A stretch of DNA of 64,000 nt from Candidatus Woesearchaeota archaeon (GTDB lineage: Archaea; Nanobdellota; Nanobdellia; Woesearchaeales; SKIA01), in NCBI GenBank assembly GCA_047602905.1, contig JBLKOP010000002.1:79381-143380 (forward strand), given 5' to 3'. A program made the translations under genes and the position numbers. Positions 19,636-29,635 of this stretch are shown here, piece by piece. Positions within the stretch are counted from its first letter, which is position 1; the number at the start of each line of letters is the position of its first letter. Under the pieces are notes generated by a model. The model made no database searches and had not been told where the DNA came from. It saw only the letters and a list, made by a program, of their open reading frames with translations.

Positions 19636-20913
19636 ATGAAATTCACGCAAATACCTCTTCAGAAACAATTACAACAAGCGCTTACTCGCCAAGGGTACAC
19701 AGAACCAACTCCTATCCAGCAACAAGCAATTCCGCTTATTCTACAAGGAGAAGACGTTTTAGGTATTGCGCAGACAGGAACAGGAAAAACAGCTGCTTTC
19801 TGTCTTCCCATCCTCAGTAAGCTTATGGGCTCATCAAGCAAGCCTAAGCGTCCTCGCGCACTCATAATAACTCCTACAAGAGAATTAGCTGCGCAAATAC
19901 TCGCCAGTCTTAATACGTACGGAACATTCGCTAATCTACGTTTCTGCGCTGTTTTTGGCGGTGTTAGTCAAGGACCACAAGTAAAACAACTCAATAACGG
20001 CGTTGATGTTCTCGTCGCTACTCCTGGTCGATTACTTGATTTAATGCAGCAAAAACACATTACTCTCTCAGAAACGTCTTTGTTAGTTCTTGACGAAGCT
20101 GACCGCATGCTTGATATGGGCTTTATTAACGATATCAAGGAGGTAGTTAAGCAAACTCCTCCAAAGCGACAAACGCTTCTTTTCTCCGCTACCATGCCTA
20201 AAGCTGTTGAGCAATTCGCTCAATCAATACTCAGAAGTCCTAAGCGAGTAGAGGTCGCTTCTGAATCAACAACTGCTGATAACATCACGCAAAAAGTTTT
20301 GTTTGTAGATCATAACAAGCGCGATAATCTTTTACTACATCTCTTTAAGCAAGAACAACTCCACAAAGTTCTTGTGTTTACGAAGATGAAGCATCGAGCA
20401 AGTAAAGTTGCTACTCTACTCTCAAAAAACGGTATTAAAGCAGTTGCTATTCACGGCGATAAGTCTCAGAATCAGCGCACACAAGCACTTGCTCGCTTCT
20501 CTCAGGATAAAGTTCGGGTTCTTGTGGGTACTGACGTAGCTGCTCGTGGTCTTGACGTGGATGATATCTCTCACGTGATTAATTATGAGTTGCCTATGGA
20601 TGTGGAGAACTACGTTCATCGTATCGGCCGTACTGCTCGCGCGGGTGCTAGTGGAGTTGCGTATAGCTTCTCTGGTCCTGAGGATAAGTTATTGTTGCAG
20701 CAGATCGAGAGTCTTCTTGGTCACGAAATAGAGATTATGCAGCACAAGTTTCACTCAGAAACTGCTCGGCGCGCTCCTGCGAAGAAGAAGTCTTCTAAAC
20801 GATCATTTAAAGGCACTAAAGGCGGTCGAGGTGGACGTTCTTCGAAAGGCTCAAAAGGTTCTTCTCAGAAAGGCTCGTTTCGTAAAGGGTTTAGAAAAGG
20901 TAGTAAGAAGTAA
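19636..20913 (+). CDS. DEAD-box RNA helicase, RhlE-like, with basic tail
   Basis: Q motif, AQTGTGKT, PTRELA, DEAD, SAT, HRIGRTAR. Confidence 0.93.
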   Translation: MKFTQIPLQKQLQQALTRQGYTEPTPIQQQAIPLILQGEDVLGIAQTGTGKTAAFCLPILSKLMGSSSKPKRPRALIITPTRELAAQILASLNTYGTFANLRFCAVFGGVSQGPQVKQLNNGVDVLVATPGRLLDLMQQKHITLSETSLLVLDEADRMLDMGFINDIKEVVKQTPPKRQTLLFSATMPKAVEQFAQSILRSPKRVEVASESTTADNITQKVLFVDHNKRDNLLLHLFKQEQLHKVLVFTKMKHRASKVATLLSKNGIKAVAIHGDKSQNQRTQALARFSQDKVRVLVGTDVAARGLDVDDISHVINYELPMDVENYVHRIGRTARAGASGVAYSFSGPEDKLLLQQIESLLGHEIEIMQHKFHSETARRAPAKKKSSKRSFKGTKGGRGGRSSKGSKGSSQKGSFRKGFRKGSKK

Positions 20914-21012
20914 TGCTTTTTTTTTAACAAGTATTATTGCATTACCTTGCTTTTTTTTAAGAGCAGAGTAAACTATAAATAGCCCTCCCAAAATAATTGG
21001 TGTAGAGACTGT

Positions 21013-21747
21013 ATGGAGAGAAAACGTTTTTTGCAAGTAAGCGCTCTTATCGCTTCGGCTGCTGTTATTAATCCTGTAAAAACTCTTGCTGAGTTGTCTT
21101 CAGACTCTCAAGAAGAGTGCGAGGATGTTTCTCTTCCATGCGGCTTTGATGCTCTCTACAATATTTCTGGGCGAGCAGGGCTTAGTGCTCGTTTTTCTCG
21201 TAGAAAACAAATACAAGGGCGTTTATCGTTTCGTCATGATACTAGCGCATACACGATTTTTTCAACTGCAGAGGATATTGATCGAGAGGTACGTATTACG
21301 GGTTCTTTGTATAGTAATCAAGAACAATTATTTCTTACTCCAAAATGCATGCACGTAACAAAGAACGGTTCTTCTCGTTTCTCGTTACACTTCTTTGAAA
21401 ACCAAGTTACTCACTCGTACAACGGTACTCGTACGTTTTCTTCACGACCACACGATCCTCTCTCAGCACTTATTATGCGTAACTCGTATGATCAAGCAGT
21501 TACGTTTGTTGACACAGCAAATTCTCTTGAAGAAGCTACGTTTACGAACGCTCACTTAGCGGATAAGCGCGTGTTTTCTTCAAGTACAGGCTCTATAGGG
21601 CGGTTTAGTGGTGAAATAGAGGTGTTTACTTCGGTATTGTATAAAGGGCTTCTTCTTCCTTCTTCTCTACGTATTAACAAATATGATGCGCGCATAGGTG
21701 GCATGTATGATATGCGTGCAGAGCTTGAAGAGTTCAATATTCGTTAG
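21013..21747 (+). CDS. Exported hypothetical protein with Tat-like signal
   Basis: MERKRFLQ plus hydrophobic stretch; beta-rich body. Confidence 0.55.
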   Translation: MERKRFLQVSALIASAAVINPVKTLAELSSDSQEECEDVSLPCGFDALYNISGRAGLSARFSRRKQIQGRLSFRHDTSAYTIFSTAEDIDREVRITGSLYSNQEQLFLTPKCMHVTKNGSSRFSLHFFENQVTHSYNGTRTFSSRPHDPLSALIMRNSYDQAVTFVDTANSLEEATFTNAHLADKRVFSSSTGSIGRFSGEIEVFTSVLYKGLLLPSSLRINKYDARIGGMYDMRAELEEFNIR

Positions 21748-21796
21748 TGCTCTCACAACCACAGCTTTTATAAACACTTCATCGCTTCTCTTGGTC

Positions 21797-22051
21797 ATGG
21801 CACGCAGTAAAAAAGTTGCTTCTGGAAAGCGATTTGGTAGTCGTTATGGTCGACGAAACAGAGATCGCTTCGCTCTTCTTGAAGCGCAAGCGCGTAAGAA
21901 GCACGTTTGTCCAAGTTGTGGCTATGAGCAAGCAAAGCGAGTAGCTGCTGGTATTTGGAGTTGTAAGAAGTGCTCAGCAAAATTCGCTAGTAAAGCATAC
22001 ACGGTAACAAAATTCCCTACGCTTAAGCAAAAACTTGAGGAGGACTTCTAA
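21797..22051 (+). CDS. rpl37ae: 50S ribosomal protein L37ae (eL43)
   Basis: RFGSRYG, CPSC, GIWSCKKC; TATA at 21767-21774. Confidence 0.92.
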   Translation: MARSKKVASGKRFGSRYGRRNRDRFALLEAQARKKHVCPSCGYEQAKRVAAGIWSCKKCSAKFASKAYTVTKFPTLKQKLEEDF

Positions 22052-22053
22052 AA

Positions 22054-22191
22054 ATGGCTGATTATCGTTGTTTTAGCTGTGGAAAAGATGTTGATGCAAG
22101 TTACTTAGCAAAGAAGGTTCGTTGCCCGTACTGTGGGAGTAAGATTATTTTTAAGCCTCGCGTGCGCAGCACAAAAGTTCTTGCTCGATGA
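22054..22191 (+). CDS. rpo12: RNA polymerase subunit P (Rpo12); not in the ORF track
   Basis: Manual translation MADYRCFSCGK...VRCPYCGSKIIFKPR...VLAR; conserved position after rpl37ae. Confidence 0.92.
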   Translation: MADYRCFSCGKDVDASYLAKKVRCPYCGSKIIFKPRVRSTKVLAR

Positions 22192-22400
22192 AAGCAGTTA
22201 TTACTACTGATTTTGATCCTCGCTTACTAGAGGTTTTTGTGCAGGAAGACAAAGATATTGGCCGAGCATCCTACACTATAGAGCATGACGAGTCTGAGCT
22301 GCGTTTTGTTATTGTTGCTGATGACGCTACTGCTTTGCGCACAGTAATGAATGCTATTACGAAGCTATTAAGTATTTGGGAGGACTCCAAGGATTTATGA
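22188..22400 (+). CDS. pcc1: KEOPS complex subunit Pcc1
   Basis: IVADDATALRTVMN motif; operon position. Confidence 0.8.
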   Translation: MKAVITTDFDPRLLEVFVQEDKDIGRASYTIEHDESELRFVIVADDATALRTVMNAITKLLSIWEDSKDL

Positions 22401-22621
22401 ATCCGCGCGTACAACTTCATAAGCAACAACTTCGACGAGAACAAGTAGAGCTAGAAAGTGCTCTTGAGCAATTAGAAAAAAACCCTGTAAGCTACTCGCT
22501 TGTTGGCTCAGTTATGGTTCGTGAGGAGGCAAGCAGTATTCGCAAGCGCCTCTTAAAGCGCTTATCTGTTGTTCAACAAGAAATGAGTAGTTTAGATGAT
22601 GAAGCAAGAAGAGATTCTTAA
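22397..22621 (+). CDS. Prefoldin beta subunit-like protein (short)
   Basis: Helix-YSLVGSVMV hairpin-helix; operon position after pcc1. Confidence 0.65.
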   Translation: MNPRVQLHKQQLRREQVELESALEQLEKNPVSYSLVGSVMVREEASSIRKRLLKRLSVVQQEMSSLDDEARRDS

Positions 22622-22838
22622 CGAGATACGAGCTGTTGCTTGTGAGTTAGCAGCTACGCAAACAGATGTTTCTGTACAGAAGCAGTTATTGCTTGTTGCT
22701 GAGGTTATTCAAGAAGACATTGATCTTTCTTTACGCACGGATCGTATCCGAGACATCCTTAGGTGCTTAGAGCAAGGACAAGACATGTCTGTGCGTGCGC
22801 AGTTATGGAATCTTTCTGCTCTTATCGAGCAGCTGTAA
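22596..22838 (+). CDS. UPF0147-like protein
   Basis: DVS...; C-terminal RAQLWNLSALIE. Confidence 0.55.
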   Translation: MMKQEEILNEIRAVACELAATQTDVSVQKQLLLVAEVIQEDIDLSLRTDRIRDILRCLEQGQDMSVRAQLWNLSALIEQL

Positions 22839-23340
22839 CGTACGGTACGTGTACTCGTTCTTTCTCGCTACTAAACAGTACGAGGTGCGTTGCTGCGTGT
22901 TTCTTTACTACTCCTTCTAAAAAATCTTTTTTGTACGTTGATTTAAGAGGGTATTTTCTTGTGGCTACATCTTTTTTTCTTCGGTTGCGTATCGCGTCTG
23001 TAAGTGCTAATAAGAGGGCTAGGAGTCCTAGCCAGAAGATCAGAAACGCTAGTCTGCTGAGAACAAGACCTAGTACTTCTATGCTTGCTAGCGCGAGGAT
23101 TGCTGCGAGGATTGCTGCGAGCACGAAAGCGATGTTTGCTATGGTGTTTGTTAGGGATATCGTGTTTGCTCGTACGCGCGTATCTAGCTGTACTGCTTCT
23201 AGAGCTGCTCGTAGAGTGTTTCGTAGCAGTGCTGCGAGTGCTAGTCCTACAAAGAAGATGAGTAGCGGTGTTACTACGTACGTGGTGATTGCTTGGTTAA
23301 TTACTTCGCTGTGTAGCAGGAGTTCTTCGTACGCGCTCAT
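22822..23340 (-). CDS. Hypothetical membrane protein
   Basis: Three hydrophobic segments followed by a short beta-rich tail. Confidence 0.6.
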   Translation of the reverse strand: MSAYEELLLHSEVINQAITTYVVTPLLIFFVGLALAALLRNTLRAALEAVQLDTRVRANTISLTNTIANIAFVLAAILAAILALASIEVLGLVLSRLAFLIFWLGLLALLLALTDAIRNRRKKDVATRKYPLKSTYKKDFLEGVVKKHAATHLVLFSSEKERVHVPYVTAAR

Positions 23341-23417
23341 GTAGTGTGTATTGGTGTAAGGGGTTTTTATGTGTAGCTGCAGAAGCGTTTATAAAGAGGG
23401 TTTGTTTATGTTGTTTC

Positions 23418-23654
23418 ATGGCTGACGATAAAGCACCTGAGATGTCTAAGGATGAGCGCATTGGTTTTCACAAAGGGAGTTTAAGCACTCTTTCTAAAGA
23501 ACAAGCAGAACTTGCTCGTATACTTAATATTGTTGAGCAACTCATTCAGATGCACACCCAGGAGCTTAAGGCGCTTGGTGTTGATGTTTCTGCTCAGCAA
23601 GAAGAGATGCCTGTTATTCGTAAAGATAAGAAGCCTATTGAAGATATTCTGTGA
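23418..23654 (+). CDS. Small hypothetical protein
   Basis: 78-aa ORF (GFHKGSLSTL...LKALGV); upstream TATA; overlaps the next gene start. Confidence 0.7.
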   Translation: MADDKAPEMSKDERIGFHKGSLSTLSKEQAELARILNIVEQLIQMHTQELKALGVDVSAQQEEMPVIRKDKKPIEDIL

Positions 23655-24361
23655 TTAAAGGTATCGTTTTTGATTTAGATAATACTCTTGAGGAGTTTAC
23701 TGAGCATGAAGAAGTTGTTGAGCAAGAAATGGCTTCTTTATTGCAGCAGCGCTACGGTATTGATCCTGTTCGTTTCGTGCGTATTTTTGATATGATTAAG
23801 ACGGGGTATTTGCACTCGCGCAGTCTTCCTCAAGATTATGGTCGTGATGTGTGGTTTAAGGAGACACTTGCGCATTTTGATGTGTTTGATGCAGATATTG
23901 CTTCTTTAGTGGATATGTACTGGGATTTATTACTCTCAAAAGTTCAGCTCTACCAAGGAGTTCCTGAGCTTCTTGCTGATTTAAAGCGCTCCTTTCGCTT
24001 AGGTATTCTCTCAGATAGTGATGGGGATCGGTACTGGAAAGAAAAGCGTATTAAGCAGCTGCATATCGGCTCGTTCTTTGATGCTATCGTCACAAGTGAT
24101 GATGTCGGTGCTAACAAGCCGCACCCGCGGGGATTTATTGAGGTGTGCAAACAACTCGGCGTGCTTACTTCTCAAGCGGTTATGGTTGGGGATCATCCTG
24201 AAGTTGATCACGTAATGGCTAAGGAGCTAGGCATGGTTACTGTGTGGGTTACTGAGGGTCTTTCTGAGCAGCAAAAACAGCGTAGTTATGAGTACGTTGA
24301 TTACGTAGTGGATAAAGTTTCTGAGGTGGGAGAGCTTGTCGAGAAGATTGCGCAAGAGTGA
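23651..24361 (+). CDS. HAD-superfamily hydrolase
   Basis: FDLDNTL, KPHP, MVGDHPEVD. Confidence 0.9.
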   Translation: MIKGIVFDLDNTLEEFTEHEEVVEQEMASLLQQRYGIDPVRFVRIFDMIKTGYLHSRSLPQDYGRDVWFKETLAHFDVFDADIASLVDMYWDLLLSKVQLYQGVPELLADLKRSFRLGILSDSDGDRYWKEKRIKQLHIGSFFDAIVTSDDVGANKPHPRGFIEVCKQLGVLTSQAVMVGDHPEVDHVMAKELGMVTVWVTEGLSEQQKQRSYEYVDYVVDKVSEVGELVEKIAQE

Positions 24362-24785
24362 GATACGCGAATTAAATGAAGAACTCCTTATTTCTCTTGA
24401 TAAAAAAGCGTCTGTAGAACTTGTTGATGACGTCTTATTAGTGAATGACACGTTTTATTTTTTTAAGCATCAAGAGAAATGGGTTGCTTCTGTTCGTCTT
24501 CTTCTAGAACGGCCTGAGTTACTTCCTCACTTAGTTGTTGATATGGGTGCTGTTCGTTTCGTTGCTAACGGAGCGGATATTATGAGGCCGGGAATAACCA
24601 GCATTCCAGAAGGAAAAGCAGGTATGATAGTTGCTGTTGTTGACGAAAACAATCATAAACCGTTTGCTGTTGGAGAGTACAACGTGTCTTCACAAGAAAT
24701 GCAAGAAGCAACTACGGGTTCTGTAATAAAGAATATTCATTACGTAGGAGACGAGAAATGGAAACGATACGTAACTAAAGAGTAG
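24336..24785 (+). CDS. PUA-domain RNA-binding protein (Tma20/MCTS1-like)
   Basis: VDMGAVRFVANGADIMRPGI, IHYVGD. Confidence 0.88.
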   Translation: MSRRLRKSEIRELNEELLISLDKKASVELVDDVLLVNDTFYFFKHQEKWVASVRLLLERPELLPHLVVDMGAVRFVANGADIMRPGITSIPEGKAGMIVAVVDENNHKPFAVGEYNVSSQEMQEATTGSVIKNIHYVGDEKWKRYVTKE

Positions 24786-24828
24786 TCACAACCGAAGCTC
24801 TTTTATATCTGAAAGCGCTCTATTACTG

Positions 24829-26388
24829 ATGGGGAGTATGCTTTCACCTAATAACAAAACCCTCTTTGACATACATCAAGAGCAACTAAGCCGCTTTGGG
24901 TACTCAAACGGCCAGTTCTCCACCTTAGAGGAAGCTATTTCTTCTGCAGATTTAAATAAGCAAGAAGAACAGAAGTTACTTGTTATTAGAGATCGCTTAT
25001 GGAGTGAAAACGCTGCTTCGGGACTCTTCTTTGACCTAAATTTCTTGCGCGCAGCAGAGTTTTATCACGGGAGTACTCGGCTAATGTCTCAGAGACCAGA
25101 AATTGCTCATCCAGCAGGAATGGTATTGCTACTTGACAACATTTTTCTTCAAGCAACCAAACACGCAAAAAGAAAACTAAATAGAAAAGAAATGGTAAGT
25201 AAGCATGCACTCTACGTAGCAACTCCTCCCCATGACATAATAGAAGACATCGCAAAACACGAGACTAATCAACGAGTACTTGATAACAACGAGCTTAACG
25301 AGAACACTATACGAGCGAGTATTCGTCAAAGTAAACTTGGAAAGCTAAGACAGTTTTATGAAGTGTACACACACATAATTAGTAAAGAGTTCTCCCTTTC
25401 TAAAAGCCGCTTAAACGAGGTGTGGAAACCAGTTATTCTTAGTGAAGGACTCGTTACGAGAGGCTCGTATAGCGTAAAATACCAAGCAAATAATTACTTT
25501 ACGTACATGATAGGAATGGACTTGCCTAAACAAATAGCGGGTATGCAAACAACGATACGTGATAACATGAACGCAAACCTTCTTAAAGCAGTTGATTTCT
25601 TAGACAACCTTCCCTCTGAGTTTCCTGATGCAGAGTATTTGCAAAGAAATAATTTACTCACCCAAGAACAACTCAAAAAAGCAGAGAAGTACATGAAAAA
25701 TATTTCTGCAGAGTACTTGTCTGCTGCTCGTAAAGAACTTGAGCAACTAAGTCAAGAAAGTAACGAGAAGTACGTACTAAAAAAACTAGATTTTACTATA
25801 CAAAATAAAGAACTTGTACAAGGTTTTGAAGATGATTTAGAACTAAAAGTTCGTTACGCAAAGAAACGAGCAGTGCATCTTATGTGGTCAGCTGTTCGTA
25901 ACGACCGAGGCTATGATTGGGCAAAACGAATAGCTTCTCTTAGCAAGACTAAACGAAGAAAAATAGGAATTTCTGATATAACATTATCAGCGCTGTATCA
26001 TGCTTCTGTCCAGTTATCAGAGCAAATACGCGAATCAAGCCGCTTAGATATGAATCATCACTTCGTCTACAACCCAATAGCTGCCTCTCAAGCAAAAACT
26101 ATTGAGCAAGAAGTTAAGGAGTACTTACAAACACCTAATAGTAAGCAGTGGGCTGCTAAATCAGAAAACCTTCCTGAACACCTAAGAAAATATGATTCGT
26201 TTAGTAAACTAGCTATTTCTTTAGCTCAAGATGAGAGTAAAAAACTTTCAGACCAGAGCATCTACGAAGTACTTACAGTAGCTAACGGGCTTGCAGAAAG
26301 AAACATCGCTCATAACTCAGTTATTTCCTCAATTGAAGAATACAAAAAACTTTTTTCTATAGACGGAGACATCACAAAAGCTGCTTAG
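24829..26388 (+). CDS. Protein with RelA/SpoT/Mesh1-type HD hydrolase motifs and long helical extensions
   Basis: AAEFYHGSTR...PEIAHP, HDIIED, LKAVDFLDNL. Confidence 0.6.
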   Translation: MGSMLSPNNKTLFDIHQEQLSRFGYSNGQFSTLEEAISSADLNKQEEQKLLVIRDRLWSENAASGLFFDLNFLRAAEFYHGSTRLMSQRPEIAHPAGMVLLLDNIFLQATKHAKRKLNRKEMVSKHALYVATPPHDIIEDIAKHETNQRVLDNNELNENTIRASIRQSKLGKLRQFYEVYTHIISKEFSLSKSRLNEVWKPVILSEGLVTRGSYSVKYQANNYFTYMIGMDLPKQIAGMQTTIRDNMNANLLKAVDFLDNLPSEFPDAEYLQRNNLLTQEQLKKAEKYMKNISAEYLSAARKELEQLSQESNEKYVLKKLDFTIQNKELVQGFEDDLELKVRYAKKRAVHLMWSAVRNDRGYDWAKRIASLSKTKRRKIGISDITLSALYHASVQLSEQIRESSRLDMNHHFVYNPIAASQAKTIEQEVKEYLQTPNSKQWAAKSENLPEHLRKYDSFSKLAISLAQDESKKLSDQSIYEVLTVANGLAERNIAHNSVISSIEEYKKLFSIDGDITKAA

Positions 26389-26846
26389 TGAGGATCACTA
26401 ATTCTTCGTCCTTTACTAATGTATGGCTTAATACTGTTGTTTGCTGCGTGACCACACCCGAGTATTTTATTCTTATATTTGATGAGTACGTAGCGCGCTT
26501 CTACTATGTTTGTTTCTAGTTCTTCTCCTCGCATCCAAGCATTCTTCTCGCTCTCATTTACTTCTACAAAGCAACCTGAGCAGCTCGGCCCAAACAGCAT
26601 TGCTCCATCCATGGTGAGTCGTAGCTCATCACGTATCTTACTGGCTACGTACAGACCTCCTTGGCGTACTCCTAAAGCAACAAAATCTACTTTGTCAATA
26701 TCAGAACTAACAACGTAATACTTATCGTCTCCTCCTAGATAAATTGCGTACTCTGTACTTCCGCTATACCCATACGTTTCTTGTAATTGTCTAAAGAACT
26801 GTTTTCGTTGCTTGCTATTAAGAAAATCCACTCTTATACGCCCCAC
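26385..26846 (-). CDS. NIP7/RsmF C-terminal PUA-like protein
   Basis: GLYVA...LRLTMDG, WMRGEEL, ILGCG, ISKGRR. Confidence 0.7.
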   Translation of the reverse strand: MGRIRVDFLNSKQRKQFFRQLQETYGYSGSTEYAIYLGGDDKYYVVSSDIDKVDFVALGVRQGGLYVASKIRDELRLTMDGAMLFGPSCSGCFVEVNESEKNAWMRGEELETNIVEARYVLIKYKNKILGCGHAANNSIKPYISKGRRISDPH

Positions 26847-28570
26847 AAAGGATTCTTCTCTCTCATCACTTCAGCAAACGCTTTCAGAACCGCTTTTTGT
26901 TCTGGCTCAAGTAACTTTGCGTGCTCCTTCCACTGCAAGTACTCCTCCTCACTAATAACAGCCCATAACACGTCCTCTTCACATACCTGCCTATTAGCGG
27001 TTGCTCCAGGAATACTAATGGCTACTTGGCTTCCTGTCGTTGCTTCAGCAACGCTTTTCTGCTTTTCTTGAATGTCTTTAACGTACCCAACAACACTGGA
27101 AGGGTCAGTTGCTTGCACAAGCTTGCTTCCTCTCTTCACAACTCCTCTAAGCACCTCTACTCCGCACACTAAAGGGTTACTTGCGCGAAACATGCAGTTA
27201 GCAAGAACGCGCACTTGAGCGGGTAAAGCCATGTGAGCTAATCCTTCACTTTTTTTCTTCTCATCAAGTAAGCGCATGTGCTCTTCGTAACGATCTATAA
27301 GTGCGTAAATAATGTTTTCTTGATACACAACCACTCCTTCAGGAAGCGCTTCTTTAGTTACAGCAAGGTTAAATGCGAGAACAACAGAGAACTCCTCAGG
27401 ATTACTGGCTGCTCGCACCAAGTCTTTTTTACTAATAGGGCCTACGTCAGCTACTCCTATAGGGATGTTCTTTTCGCGAAGCAACATAACAAGGGCTTCA
27501 AGGCTTCCTACGTTATCAGCCTTTAAAACCACTCCTTCAGCGTCCGTATTAATACTTACATGTCTCATTGCTTGAGAGAATTCTTTTGTTAACTCCTCCG
27601 CTTTTCCTGAACCAAACGGCATACCTGCAGTGACTTTTTCTAAGCCAGGAGCACTAATCTTTACTCCTGTAGCAGCCACTGCTTCTTGTACAGGAAGAAA
27701 ACGCGTTTTTTTATCGCGCAAATCACCTGCGTTACTTGGTTGCAGCAAAGCACGCACTTTCGTGCGTATAGGCTCTCCGTGCAACGTACCAATAAGGATT
27801 TCGTCTCCTACGCGCAAAACCCCATCATAAATAATCGCGTTAAGCGTAAGGCCCATTCCTTGCTCCTCAGCAACCTCAAGAACCGTTCCTTTCGCAGGAC
27901 CAGCAACGTTACTATCAAGACTTGCTTCTAAGAAGCGAGAAGCTAAACCAACAAGTAACGTAAGTAACGTATTAATTCCTTCTCCTCCAAGAGCGCTTAT
28001 AGGAACGATAGCCACGGTATTCTTAAAATCACTTACTCGATCAAAGCGCTCGCTATTCAGTCCGTGCTCAGAAAGAACTCCTACAAGCTCATACAGCTTC
28101 TTCTCTAAGTACTCAGTAGTTTTAGGTGTCTGAGCAGATAAGCTCTTAGCAATGTCCTCATCGCGCTTCACATAGCCACTAGCAAGATCCACCTTGTTTG
28201 CAGCAACGACAAACGGTGTTTTGTGATTGCGAAGAATCTGCAGTGCCTCAACGGTTTGCGGCTTAAAACCCTCATTAATATCTACTATGAGTACCGCGAT
28301 GTCAGCAAGGCTTCCTCCTCGCTCACGCATACCCGTAAACGCTGCGTGACCAGGAGTATCTATGAATAACAACCCAGGAATACGCGTGTTCTTCACCACA
28401 GCAGTTGATTTCTTCAAAATAGCGTCTATAGGAACAATACTTGCTCCTATTGCTTGCGTAATAGCTCCTGCCTCTCCAGTAGCGGTTTTTGTTCCGCGAA
28501 TAGTATCCAGAAGAGTCGTTTTTCCATGGTCTACATGGCCTACTACTGCGCAGATGGGAGCTCGAATCAT
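26834..28570 (-). CDS. infB: Translation initiation factor aIF5B (IF-2)
   Basis: [26 protein letters not shown]; start set to MIRAP. Confidence 0.95.
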   Translation of the reverse strand: MIRAPICAVVGHVDHGKTTLLDTIRGTKTATGEAGAITQAIGASIVPIDAILKKSTAVVKNTRIPGLLFIDTPGHAAFTGMRERGGSLADIAVLIVDINEGFKPQTVEALQILRNHKTPFVVAANKVDLASGYVKRDEDIAKSLSAQTPKTTEYLEKKLYELVGVLSEHGLNSERFDRVSDFKNTVAIVPISALGGEGINTLLTLLVGLASRFLEASLDSNVAGPAKGTVLEVAEEQGMGLTLNAIIYDGVLRVGDEILIGTLHGEPIRTKVRALLQPSNAGDLRDKKTRFLPVQEAVAATGVKISAPGLEKVTAGMPFGSGKAEELTKEFSQAMRHVSINTDAEGVVLKADNVGSLEALVMLLREKNIPIGVADVGPISKKDLVRAASNPEEFSVVLAFNLAVTKEALPEGVVVYQENIIYALIDRYEEHMRLLDEKKKSEGLAHMALPAQVRVLANCMFRASNPLVCGVEVLRGVVKRGSKLVQATDPSSVVGYVKDIQEKQKSVAEATTGSQVAISIPGATANRQVCEEDVLWAVISEEEYLQWKEHAKLLEPEQKAVLKAFAEVMREKNPLWGV

Positions 28571-28729
28571 ATACTCACGAAAAAACTCGTGATTTAAGAG
28601 GGTATCGTTCAGAAAACAGTAGGTGTATACGAAAACGTGCTGTAAATAACAAAATCGTTTCGTATCAGCAAAAAGCTTTTTCGCTTCCACAGGCTAAACA
28701 CCCTTTAAAACGCGTACAAGAAGAAGCGT

Positions 28730-29635
28730 ATGATTGATGAAACCATCACTAACCGGCTTCGCAACGGACAAGAAATCAGCGATAAGCAATTAGAGGAGCG
28801 AGTAGATCGCTACCGCGACCAGAAGAAATCCTCGCAAGCAAAAGAGCTGGACTTAGCAGCTGTGAAGAAAGAACAAGAACAAGCAACCAAAGAAGCATAC
28901 ACAAGCAGCCTTAGTGGCATTGAGAAACTCCTTGTTGGAACAAAAGAATTCTTTGGCTTTGGTATACAACGAGAACTCAATAAGCACTACACAGCAGTTT
29001 CAAGAAGAATTACTTCTTTTGAAGCAAAAGTAGATCATTTTGAAGACCTTTTTGAGCAAACAACCCAGAAATACAAAGGTGCTTTAGATGAGAAAAGACA
29101 GTTTGAGCAATACCAAGCAGCTTCTAAAGAACTGTATCTGCGCTCATTAGATAAGCGAGACGCTTTAGAAGTGGAACTAGAGTCTCTTACTTCACAAACA
29201 AGCCCTTCTAGCATGGCGTTGCATGAGAAGCGTGACGAGCTCTTTGAAGTAAGTAAACGAGTAGACACGCTGTATCAAGAGACTGGCGAGATAGTTATGA
29301 AGCTGCAAATGGCGCACCAAAAAGAATTTGCGTACGAAGCAAACCTAAAAAGTATTCGTAAGAACAGAAGCAGAATTCTTAATCAACTATCCACTGCAAC
29401 TGTCTTCTTAGATGAGCTCTCACTAGCACAAGAGATGCACGGCTCTGGGTCTACAAAAGGAATTATTGATAGTTACGAAAACCTCGCTATTACGATACAA
29501 CAAGCAAGACGGTTTCTTGACGCAACAAATAATTCTGCTCAGAAAGAAATTAACGAGAAGTTTACTGTTGAGTACAACACACCTGTAGGTCTGCACAAAG
29601 CAGTTGAGGAATGGAGCAAGATTCCTCGGCCGTAA
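28730..29635 (+). CDS. Long coiled-coil hypothetical protein
   Basis: 301-aa charged, helical ORF overlapping the AAA gene by 25 nt. Confidence 0.7.
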   Translation: MIDETITNRLRNGQEISDKQLEERVDRYRDQKKSSQAKELDLAAVKKEQEQATKEAYTSSLSGIEKLLVGTKEFFGFGIQRELNKHYTAVSRRITSFEAKVDHFEDLFEQTTQKYKGALDEKRQFEQYQAASKELYLRSLDKRDALEVELESLTSQTSPSSMALHEKRDELFEVSKRVDTLYQETGEIVMKLQMAHQKEFAYEANLKSIRKNRSRILNQLSTATVFLDELSLAQEMHGSGSTKGIIDSYENLAITIQQARRFLDATNNSAQKEINEKFTVEYNTPVGLHKAVEEWSKIPRP

